From: Phaeosaccion multiseriatum
Lineage: Eukaryota; Protista; Ochrophyta, other classes
Length of the DNA stretch: 64,000 bases
Direction: 5' to 3'
Assembly: GCA_965112735.1 (NCBI GenBank)
Contig: OZ218955.1
Span: 558,001-622,000 of the forward strand
Shown: positions 49,601 to 60,586 of the stretch, in pieces
How the letters are laid out: each line of letters opens with the position of its first letter
Numbering within the stretch: position 1 is the first letter of the stretch
Made by a program: the position numbers and the translations under genes
The notes under the pieces: generated by a model
What the model was told of the DNA's origin: nothing
Databases searched by the model: none
Seen by the model: only the letters and a program-made list of their open reading frames with translations

Positions 49601-51068
49601 ACTCTCTTTCTCTCTGCATCTCACACCTGCTCTCTCTCACTCATTCTCTTTCTCTCTCTCTGCATCTCACACCTGCTCTCTCCCACCCATTCTCTTTCTC
49701 TCTCTCTGCATCTCACACTTGCTCTCTCTCACTCACTCTCTTTTTCTCTGTCGCTCTGTGTGTGTGTTGCTCTTCTCTGTCCCCGCCACTCTCCCTCGTT
49801 CCTATGCGCACGCACGCACTCACGCGCAGCACGAGGCCGCCGCGGCAGCAGCAGCAAGGGCTGCGGCTACCCCCCCCAAGGCCGCCCATCCCCCCCTGCC
49901 TCACACTCCCCTTCCTACTCCACCCCTTCCTTCCTCTCGACTCGGAAATCACCCCCCTACTCCTCCTCCTCCTCACCGTCCACCTACGCCCCCCCCGGTG
50001 GCGGCTCTGGGGGCTGTAGCGGCCGAGGATGAGAGAGAGAGACGCGAGGATGCTTTGGGCTCTCTGGGATCCCCTTCCACGCCGCCGCTGGCCTCCACTG
50101 GAGGAGGTGGAGCAGCAGGAGCAGCAGGAGCAGTGGCAGGAGGAGGAGGACCAGGAGGACCAGGAGGAGGCACAGCAGTAGGAGGAGGGGGAGGAGGAGG
50201 AGGAGGAGGAGGAGGAGGAGGAGGAGGAGGAGGAGGAGGAGGAGGGGCTGGCGGGGTTGCGTCTTCGGGCAATCGAGGGGTGCGATGGCCCTCTTCTCGG
50301 AGCGAAGACAGAGAGGACGAGCAGGCCATCGCCACGGCCTACGGCTTTGGCAACCAGCAGCACAGGTTCACAGGTGGTAATCAGAGCAAAATCATAGATG
50401 GCGTGGGGGGGATGCCGAGCAAGGGAGGAGAGGACGTGTCTTCCCCTCGGGGGGATGCCCTCCGCGTGCTTCGGCAGCAGCAGGAACAGCAGCGACGGCA
50501 GCAGATGGCGGTGCTTCAGAACCCGCCTCGGCCGTACGACCTTCGTCACCAGAAGCAAGAGCAGCAGCAACAGAAACTGGAGAAAGGAAAGCACGGGCGG
50601 CAAGGGGGGCAAGGGGGGCAGTTGGTGGTACAGCCTCAGCCAGTGCGAGGTGCAGAGCCGCGTGCTGTGGTGGTTTCTCCTCGCCCCAGCCAGTCACGGA
50701 AACAGACGCAAGGCCAGGGGCAAGGCCTGGCTGAGGGGCCGGCTCAGGGTGGGGCAGGCCGTGATGCCCAAAGCGCTGGGGCAATTGCTACGCCCATGAG
50801 TGCTCGCGTGCAGTTTTCAGAGCCTCTCCACTCGTCGCTACAGTCACTGCACCCTTTTGGGGAAGATGCCGCTGCTTCCTCGGACTCGCGCAACTCCTCC
50901 TTCAAAAAGGGGGGCCTGCCGCCCTACTCGCAGCCCTCGCCGCAGCTACAGCAGTTGGCGATACAGCAGCACCTGCAGCAGCAGCAACGAGGCAGAGGGA
51001 GGAGGTCTCGACCGTCCTCTCGCGGCGGAGATAAGGGAGATGATGATCAAGGGTGCACACTGAGTTAA
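44474..51068 (+). CDS. Ankyrin-repeat + fibronectin type III domain protein with low-complexity termini
   Basis: Thirteen phase-compatible exons (44474-44799, 45055-45220, 45499-45598, 45717-45793, 46054-46110, 46284-46625, 46888-47071, 47506-47610, 47804-47910, 48247-48296, 48638-48749, 48992-49247, 49830-51068). Ankyrin motifs WSLLHLAAGCG and GADPNVLTDGGYTPLMGACLVG..LLLRAGAD; FN3 motif TIIHNLTPGKSYSFRVSLVAEIG. Confidence 0.75.
47072..47190. repeat. (GTGA)n intronic microsatellite
   Basis: Direct reading; starts at the splice donor. Confidence 0.9.
48303..48360. repeat. (GGA)n intronic microsatellite
   Basis: Direct reading. Confidence 0.95.
49480..49745. repeat. ~40-bp pyrimidine-rich intronic minisatellite
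   Basis: Repeated tctctgcatctcacac(c/t)tgctctctctcactcactctctttc units. Confidence 0.85.
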
Positions 51069-51849
51069 GAGGGATATGGAGAGGGGTGGGTAGAGGCATA
51101 CGGAAGGAGAGACTTAGAGGCGTATGGTATGGGCACGGGGGACTTGCGATGTATTCAGCCCAGAGGTACAAAAGGCAACTTTTCCACCACCTTCTCAACC
51201 AGCAGCAGAGCATCTCTTGTTCGGGGGTTTGCTGCATTCCTTTCTTAGACTAGACTATCACACTGAACTATTGTGCCTACATTTGAGCTGCTGCGCGCCA
51301 GTCGCCTAAGCCGCTCGCCCCCATGGGCCACGAGTCCATAGGCCAGGCAAAGCAAAGCCTCTCTTCTCCAGGCCTTGCTTCGCTACTTTCTTCCCACGTA
51401 CTGAGTTGGCAGTACACACGTGCAAAAGCCTGACGAGAAGAGCTCACGGCCACTCGGAGCGGGCGAGCTGGCTGTATCCCCTGCTGCTGCGGTCATACTA
51501 CAAGTGCCATCCGGCACGACAACGCACAGACACACAGACACATGTCAAGCACGGAGAAGCAACACACCAAGCTCGTGTTTCCCATTCCTCCTATCCTGTC
51601 CTACCGCGGCGGCGCTTTGGAGGCACAACAGTCCTATTCTGGAGTCATTCGACCAGACATGAGGTGCCATCCTCGCACAGCACATTTGCCTCAGTGGGCC
51701 ACTAAGCCCTTCCACGGCACGTCCACACTCCCTCCTCGCTCTCCCTTCCCTCTCGCTCGCCCGTCTCTCTACCTTCGGCAACACGGCTTCAGGTCCCTCG
51801 AAATGCCCCTCCCACGTCATCCACCCACCCCCCACCTCTCTCAGGTCTT

Positions 51850-53429
51850 TCAGCTCATCTCCTCCGCCATGCTCTCCCATGTCTCGCTTCCAACACTCCA
51901 GGGCCTCTCCAGCGGCAAGGTCCTGCTCTCCTTGCCGAACGTCGGGTCGCTCCTACGCATGAGGTCCAACGCGCTTTGGGACCGGAAGAAGGCCGCTGCC
52001 TCGTCCTTGATTCGCTGCTCAATGTCGGGGCCCAGTTGGTGTCGCCTTGCCCCAGCGAAGGCCTTGTCCACCGAGGCATCAGCCGAGAGGAGCTGCAGTG
52101 CAATGCCTTGATGGCCATTGATGATGGCAGCAAGGAGAGGGGTGCCGCCGCTCGACGTCGTGGCATCGATGGGAGATCCGGCAGAGATGAGACGAGCGAC
52201 GATTGCCTCGAGCCCTTTCTTCGCAGCATGGTGGAGAGGTGAAGCGCCATCGATGTTCACTGTGTCCACCCTTGCTCCCGCCGCAAGAAGGCGCTTCGCC
52301 ACGGCATCGTGTCCCCCTTGAACGGCCCAGTGAAAAGAAGTCATCAAGCCATCGCGGCCAATAGAATCGACGTCCGCTCCTACAGCCAAGAGCTTCTCTA
52401 CCACAGCCAAGTGTCCTTTGGAAGCCGCGGCCATGAGGGGAGTCATATCCTCAATACTCTTTGTATTCATGTTGGCATGCTCATCGAGAAGCTGCTGCAC
52501 GACAGAGGCACGCCCGAGCATAGAGGCTACAAAAAGCGGGGTGCAGCCATCCTTGTTAGCCTTTTCGATCTCGGCGTGGGCCCTGAGGAGCTGCTGTATC
52601 ACTCTCCCATGGCCTTCTCTAGAAGCCATACAGAGTGGAGTTGTTCCTTCATCGTCGGCTTTGTTCACGTCCGCTTGGGCTGAGATGAGCTGCTCTACGA
52701 TGGAGGTGTGCCCATTCTGAGAGGCCATCCATATCGGAGTCACTCCCCTACTCGCGGCTGCGTTGACATCGGGCTGCGCCAACAGGAGCTTCTGCACAGA
52801 TTTGGAATGCCCATTCTCGGCAGCCACAAGCAGAGACGTCGCCCCGCGGAGATTGGGTTGGTCAGCGGCGGCTCCGGCGTCCAACAGCCGCCTCACCATG
52901 TGATGGTGTCCTCTCACGCAAGCTTCTGTCAATGGTGTGTTCCCCCGCGCTCCTCCCCCGATACTGAATGACGCCCCTTCCTGCAGCAGGAGGTCCACGA
53001 CATCCCGCCGGTCCTCTCCCGCAGCCAAAATCATAGCCGTCCCACCGTCCTCGTCAATAGGATGATCTAAGCTCGCTTTGCCGTGCTTCGCGACGAGCTT
53101 CCTAACCAGCGCTCTCACTGTTGAGAAGTTCTCATTTCTCTGGAGAGCCTGGGAGAGGCGCCGCGCCTGATGTAAAAAGGGGGGGGGGGGGGTTCGGAAG
53201 CAGTGGAGAAGAGGGATACCATTCGAAGGGCTTGAGATCAATGCGACTCGCATCAGCTGGATTGAAGCTTTGCAGCGTACTCCGCCCCGGATCAGAGGCT
53301 TCATTCTCGCGAGTCACCTCCTCCGCTCGTACCGTCCTTGTGTGTACCGCTGTCTCTGTGCTGTCATGAGATAAACATCCACCATTTATATACCTCAGCT
53401 CATACCTCGGGGGATATCGCCCGCTCCAT
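51850..53429 (-). CDS. Ankyrin array copy 11 (10 repeats, ~446 aa)
   Basis: Micro-exon 53429-53406 + exon 53166-51850; ends EEMS*. Confidence 0.88.
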
Positions 53430-55147
53430 ACTGAGCAAAAGTCTCCCCTTGCCCCCAAAGTTGAAGTAGGAGGACAGAGAAGGGGGGAATCAAGCCGGCA
53501 ACTCCCTGACTCAAGATGATCCCCCACTGCCTCAGGCGCGCGCCGCAGTAGAAGGGAAGAAGGAACAGGCCCCTCCAATAGCGTTGTCTCTCGCCAGTCG
53601 CTTTCCTCTACGTCTTGTAGGAGGCCAAAACAGCGCTGGAGCTAGGTCAGGAACGGGGGGAAACAACCAAGCAGGCCGCTGCCTGACTCAATAGAACCTC
53701 TCTCCCCACAGCGTGCACCACTGCAAGCGAAGAGAGAGGATGGCGGTCCCTCACTCTTCCTCTCACGACCCTTCTCTTTACTCGCTGTGTCAGGAGGCCA
53801 AAGCAGCGCTAGCTCAGAGAGGAGCGGGGGAGAACCAAGCCGGCCCCTGCCTGACTCAAGACGAACCCCCTCCCCCCCCCCCCCAAGCGCGCACCACTAC
53901 ACGCGAAGAGGAAGAAGGGCTCTCTCAACAGCTTGCCGCACTTTGCCCCTCACCGTCCTTCAACTCAATCCTTTTTTTTTTCACGCCTTGCAAGTGAAGA
54001 GGTCTCAGAGGGAAGGGGCCCAGAATATGTCAATGGCCCAGGCGTAGGCAGCCCATTTCTTGCTTCCTCAGGCCCAGGGGGGGGGGGGGCATATCTACGC
54101 TCATCTCTCATATTCACCCTACATATTAATTATCGTGTGCAGATTTCAGAGGCCCTCCACTCACCGCACCCTTTTGGAGAAGATGCCGCTGCTTCCTCGG
54201 ACTCGCGCAACTCCTCCTTCAAAAAGGGGGGCCTGCCGCCCTACTCGCAGCCCTCGCCGCAGCTACAGCAGTTGGCGATACAGCGGCACCTGCAGCAGCA
54301 GCAAAGGGGCAGAGGGAGGAGGTCTCGGCCCTCCTCTCGCGGCGGAGATAAGGGAAACGATGATCAAGGGTGCACACTGAGTTGAATTTTTGGGGAGGGG
54401 TGGCTAGAGGCATAAGGAAGGATAAACTTAGAGGCGTATGGTACGGGCACGGGGGACTTGCGATGTTATCAGCCCAGAGGTACAAAAGGCAACTATTCCA
54501 CCACCTTCTCAACCAGCAGCAGAGCATCATTTGTTTCGGTGCTTGCTGCATTCCCTTTCTTAGACTTTTCATACTGAACTATTGCGCCTATACTTGAGCT
54601 GCTTCGCGCCAGTCGCCTAAGCCGCTCGCCCCCGTGGGCCAAGAGTCCGTAGGCCAGACAAAGCAAAGTTTTGCTTCACTACTTTCTTACCACGTACTGA
54701 GATGGCAGTACACACGTGCAGAAGCCTGACGAGAAAAGCTCACCGCCACTCGGAGCGGGCGAGCTGGCTATATCTCCTGCTGCTGCGGTCTGACTACAAG
54801 TGCAGTCTGGTACGACAACGCACAGACACTTAGACATCATGTCAAGCACGGAGAAGCAACCCACCAACCATCGTATTTCCCATTCCTCCTGTCCTATCCT
54901 ACCGCGGCGGCGCTTTGGATGCACAGCAGTCCTATCCTGGAGTCATTCGACCAGACATGAGGTGCCATCCTCGCACAGCGCATTTGCCTCAGTGGCCCAC
55001 TAAGCCCCTACACGACACGTCCACACTCCCTCGTCGCTCTCCCTTCCCTCTCGCTCGCCCGTCTCTCTACCTGCGGCATCACGGCTTCAGGTCCCTCGAA
55101 ACGCCCCTCCCACATACTCCACCCACCCCCCACCTCGCTCAGGTCTT

Positions 55148-56732
55148 TCAGCCCATCTCCTCCGCCATGCTCTCCCATGTCTCGCTTCCAACACTCCAGG
55201 GCCTCTCCAGCGGCAAGGTCCTGCTCTCCTTGCCGAACGTCGGGTCGCTCCTACGCATGAGGTCCAACGCGCTTTGGGACCGGAAGAAGGCTGCTGCCAC
55301 GTCTTTGATTCGCTGCTCAATGTCTGGGCCCAGTTGGAGCCGCCGTGCCCCAGCGAAGGCCTTGTCCACCGAGGCATCAGCCGAGAGGAGCTGCAGTGCA
55401 ATGCCGTGATGGCCTCTGTCGATGGCAGCAAGTAGAGGGGTGGCGCCCATCGACGCCGTGGCATCGATGGGAGATCCGGCAGAGATGAGACGAGCGACGA
55501 TTGCCTCGTGCCCTCTCTGCGCAGCATAGCGGAGAGGTGAAGCGCCGTCGATGTCCACTGTGTCCACCCTTGCTCCCGCCGCGAGAAGGCGCTTCGCCAC
55601 GGCATCGTGTCCGTCTTGAACGGCCCAGTGAAGAGAAGTCAAGCCAGCGCGGCTAATACAATGGACCTCCGCTCCTGCAGCCAAGAGCTTCTCTACCACA
55701 GCCAAGTGTCCGCTCCCAGCCGCGGCCATGAGGGGAGTGACACCCTTCATACTCATTGTATTTATGCTGGCATGCTCATCGAGAAGCTGCTGCACAACAT
55801 AGGCATGCCCGAGGAAAGAGGCCATATGAAGTGGAGTCCGGCCTTGGTCATCAGCCTTGTCCACCTTGGCGTGGGCCCTGAGGAGCTGCTGTACCACTCT
55901 TACACGGCCCTTTGCTGACGCTATCAGGAGTGGAGTTCTTCCTCCATTTTCGGCTTTGTCCACGTCCGCTTGGGCTGAGATGAGCTGCTCTACGATGGAG
56001 GTGTGCCCATTCTGAGAGGCCACCCATATCGGAGTCACTCCCGTACTCGCAGCAGCTGCGTTGACATCGGGCTGCGCCAACAGGAGCTTCTGCACAGTTG
56101 TGGAATGCCCCTTCTGGGCAGCCATAAGCAGAGGCGTCGTCCCGTCGCGATTGGGTTGGTCAACGGCGGCTCCGACGTCCAACAGCCACGGCACCAAGTG
56201 ATCGTGTCCGCTCACGCAAGCTTCAATCAATGGCGTATTCCCCAACCCTCCTACCCCGATATTACTGAACAATGACGCCCCTTCCTGCAGCAGGAGGTCC
56301 ATGACATCCCGCCGGCCCTCTCCCGCAGCCCAAATCATAGCAGTGTTTCCGTGCTTGTCAATAGGATGATCTAAGCTTGCTTTGCCGTGCTTCGCGACGA
56401 GCTTCCTAACCAGCGCTCTCACTGTTGAGAAGTTCTGATTTCTCCCGAGAGCCTGGCAGAGGCGCTGCGCCTGATGGGAGAGGGAGGGGGGTTCAAAAGC
56501 AGTGGAGAAGAGGGATACAATTCGAAGGGCTTGAGGTCAATGCGACTCGCATCAGCTGTGTCGAAGTGTAGCAGCGTACTCCACCCCGCCGGATCAGAGG
56601 CTTCATTCTCGCGAGTCACCTCCTCCGCTCGCACCGTCCTTTTTGTACCGCCGTCTCTGTGCTGTCATGAGCTAAAACATCCACCATTTATATACACTCC
56701 GCTCATACCTCGGGTGATATCACCGGCTCCAT
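55148..56732 (-). CDS. Ankyrin array copy 12 (10 repeats, ~448 aa)
   Basis: Micro-exon 56732-56709 (MEPVISPE) + exon 56470-55148. Confidence 0.88.
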
Positions 56733-57301
56733 GATGAGAAATCTCTCCTTCCCCCCAAAGTTGAAGTAGGAGGACAGCGAAAGGGGGGAATCAAGCCGGC
56801 GTGACTCAAGACGATTCCCCACTCCATCAGGCGCGCCCCACTAGAAGGGAAGAAGGAAGGGGCCGTTCCAATAGCGTTGTCTCTCGCCAGCCGCTTTCCT
56901 CTACGTCTTGTAGGAGGCCAAAGCAGCGCTGGAGCTGGGTCAGGACCGGGGGGAACCAACCAAGCAGGCCGCTGCCTGACTCAAGGAAACCCCTCCTCCC
57001 CCAGGTATGTCCCACTACCAGCGAAGAGAGAGGAGGGCGGTCCCTCGCTCTTCCTATCACGACCCTTCTCTTTACTCGCTGTGTATGGAGGCCAAAGCAG
57101 CGCTAGCTCGGTGAGGAGCGGGGGAGAATCAAGCCGGCTCCTGCCTGTCTCAAGACGAACCCCTTCCCCCGCCCCCCAAGCGCGCACCACCACACGCAAA
57201 GAGGAAGAAGGGCTCTCTCAACGGCTTGCCGCACTTTGCCCCTCGCCGTCCTTCAATTCAATTGTGTCAGAGGGAAGGGGCCCAGAATATGTCAATGGCC
57301 C

Positions 57302-57585
57302 AGGCGTAGGCAGCCCATTTCTTGCTTCGGCCCAGGGGGAGGGGATATCTACGCTCATCTCTCATATTCATCTTGCATATTATTTATCGTGTGCAGTTTT
57401 CAGAGCCTCTGCACTCGTCGCTTCAGTCACCGCACCCTTTGGAAGGCGTAGGCAGCCCATTTCTTGCTTCGGCCCAGGGGGATGGGATATGTACGCTCAT
57501 CTCTCATATTCATCTTACATATTAATTATCGTGTGCAGTTTTCAGAGCCTCTGCACTCGTCGCTACAGTCACCGCACCCTTTGGA
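57302..57585. repeat. 142-bp local tandem duplication in unit spacer
   Basis: aggcgtaggcagcccatttc...gcaccctttgga at 57302-57443 and 57444-57585. Confidence 0.85.
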
Positions 57586-58555
57586 GAAGATGTCGCTGCT
57601 TCCTCGGACTCGCGCAACTCCTCCTTCAAGACAGGGGGCCCGCCGCCCTGCTCGCAGCCCTCGCCGCAGCTACAGCAGTTGGCGATACAGAAGCACCTGC
57701 AGCAGCAGCAACGGGGCCGAGGGAGGAGGTCTCGGCCGTCCTCTCGCGGCGGAGATAAGGGAAACGATGATCAAGGGTGCACACTGAGTTGAATTTTTGA
57801 GCTAGAGGCATAAGGAAGGAGAGGCTTAGAAGCGTATGGTAGGGGCATGCGGGACGTGCGATGTATTCAGCCCAGAGGTACGAAAGGCAATTTATTCCAC
57901 CACCCTTTCAACAGCGCAACAGAGCATCTCTTGTGTGAAGGCTTGCTGCATTCCCTTTCTTAGACTTATCATTTTGCTCCTACACTTGAGCTGCTCCGCG
58001 CCAGTCGCCTAAGCCGCTCGCCCCCATGGGCCACGAGTCCATAGGCTAGGCAAAGCAAAGCCTCTCTTCTCCGGGCCTTGCTTCGCTACTTTCTTCCCAC
58101 GTACTGAGATGGCAGTACACACGTGCAAAAGCCTGACAAGAAGAGCTCACCGCCACTCGGAGCGGACGAGCCGGCTATATGCCCTGCTGCTGCGGTCATA
58201 GTACAAGTTCCATCCTGCACGACAACGCACAGACACACAGACAACATGTCAAGCACGGAGAAGCAACCAGCCAAGGTCGTATTTCCCATTCCTCCTATCC
58301 TATCCTACCGCGGCGGTGCTTTGGAGGCACAGCAGTCCTATCCTCGAGTCATTCGACCAGACATGAGGTGCCATCCACGCACAGCGCATTTGCCTCAGTG
58401 GCCCACTAAGCCCTTACGCGACACGTCCACACTCCCTCCTCGCTCTCTTCCCTCTCTCTTGCTCGCCCGTCTCTCTACCTGCGGCAACACGGCTTCAGGT
58501 CCCTCGAAACGCCCCTCCCACATACTCCACCCACCCCCCACCTCGCTCAGGTCTT

Positions 58556-60133
58556 TCAGCCCATCTCCTCCGCCATGCTCTCCCATGTCTCGCTTCCAAC
58601 ACTCCAGGGCCTCTCCAGCGGCAAGGTCCTGCTCTCCTTGCCGAACGTCGGGTCGCTCCTACGCATGAGGTCCAACGCGCTTTGAGATCGGAAGAAGGCT
58701 GCTGCCTCGTCCTTGATTCGCTGCTCAATGTCGGGGCCCAGTTGGAGCCGCTGTGCCCCAGCGAAGGCCTTGTCCACCGAGGCATCAGCCGCGAGGAGCT
58801 GAAGTGCAGTGCCGTGATGGCCATTGATGATGGCAGCAAGGAGGGGGGTCAGGCCGCTCGACGTCGGGGCATCGATGGGAGATCCGGCAGAGATGAGATG
58901 AGCGACGACTGCCTCGTGCCCATTCTCCGCCGCAAGGTGGAGAGGTGAAGCGCCGTCGATGTCCACTGTGTCCACCCTTGCTCCCGCCGCGAGAAGGCGC
59001 TTCGCCACGGCATCGTGTCCGTCTTGAACGGCCCAGTGAAGAGAAGTCAAGCCATCGCGGCTAATACAATGGACCTCCGCTCCTGCAGCCAAGAGCTTCT
59101 CTACCACAGCCAAGTGTCCGCTCCCAGCCGCGGCCATAAGGGGAGTGACACCCTTCATACTCATTGTATTTATGCTGGCATGCTCATCGAGAAGCTGCTG
59201 CACAACAGAGGCATGCCCGAGGAAAGAGGCCATATGAAGTGGAGTCCGGCCTTGGTCATCAGCCTTGTCCACCTTGGCGTGGGCCCTGAGGAGCTGCTGT
59301 ACCACTCTTACACGGCCCTTTGCTGACGCTATCAGGAGTGGAGTTCTTCCTCCATTTTCGGCTTTGTCCACGTCCGCTTGGGCTGAGATGAGCTGCTCTA
59401 CGATGGAGGTGTGCCCATTCTGAGAGGCCATCCATATCGGAGTCACTCCCGTACTCGTAGCTGCGTTGACATCGGGCTGCGCAGACAGGAGCTTCTGCAC
59501 AGTTGTGGAATGCCCGATCTCGGCAGCCATCAGCAGAGGCGTCGCCCCTTCACGATTGGGTTGGTCAATGGCGGCTCCGACGTCCAACAGCCACGGCACC
59601 AAGTGATCGTGTCCGCTCACGCAAGCTTCAATCAATGGCGTGGTCCCCAACGCTCCTACCCCGATATTACTGAAGGACGCCCCTTCCTGCAGCAGGAGGT
59701 CCACGACATCCCGCCGGCCCTCTCCCGCAGCCCAAATCATAGCAGTGTTTCCGTGCTTGTCAATAGGATGATCTAAGCTTGCTTTGCCGTGCTTCGCGAC
59801 GAGCTTCCTAACCAGCGCTCTCACTGTTGAGAAGTTCTGATTTCTCCCGAGAGCCTGGCAGAGGCGCTGCGCCTGATGGGAGAGGGAGGGGGGTTCAAAA
59901 GCAGTGGAGAAGAGGGATACAATTCGAAGGGCTTGAGGTCAATGCGACTCGCATCAGCTGTGTCGAAGTGTAGCAGCGTACTCCACCCCGCCGGATCAGA
60001 GGCTTCATTCTCGAGTCACCTCCTCCGCTCGCACCGTTCTCGTTTGTACCGTTGTCTGTATGCTATCATGAGATTAAGTATCCATGAACTACACGCATTT
60101 GCCTCATACCTCTGGGGATATCACCCGCTCCAT
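58556..60133 (-). CDS. Ankyrin array copy 13 (10 repeats, ~446 aa)
   Basis: Micro-exon 60133-60110 (MERVISPE) + exon 59872-58556. Confidence 0.88.
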
Positions 60134-60586
60134 GCCGAGGAACAGTCTCCCCCCCCCCCCCAAAGTTGACGTAGGAGGAGAGCGAAGGGGGGAATAAACA
60201 CGGCGCCTCCCTGACTCAAGACGGTCCCCCACTCCGTCAGGCGTGCCGCACTAGAAGGGAAGAAGGAAGAGGCCGTTCCAATAGCGTAGTCTCTCGTCAG
60301 CCGCTTTCCTCTACGTCTTGTAGAAGGCCAAAGCAGCGCTGGAGCTAGGTCAGGACCGGGGGGAACCAACCAAGCAGGCCGCTGCCTGACTCAATAGAAC
60401 CTCTCCTCCCCACAGCGTGCACCACTCACGCGAAGAGGAATGATGTCTTTCTCAACAGCTTCCCACACTCTGCCCTTTTTGCCCTTCCTTCGCTTCTATC
60501 CCTTCCGCCTGCAAGTGAAGAGGCGTTAGAGTATGTTTCCCCTCCTTTCAGAAGGGGGGCAGCGAGATGAACATTTCAGTGCGTGT

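Larger units (their letters stand above)
50807..60540 (-). repeat. Inverted tandem array of 3 ankyrin-gene units
   Basis: Reverse complement of the left-array units; ATGs at 53429, 56732 and 60133. Confidence 0.95.

Noticed and set aside
4026-60133. Diversity-generating retroelement as the source of variation
   Set aside because: No reverse transcriptase or template repeat; the variants are not adenine-specific and are shared as blocks, which fits recombination
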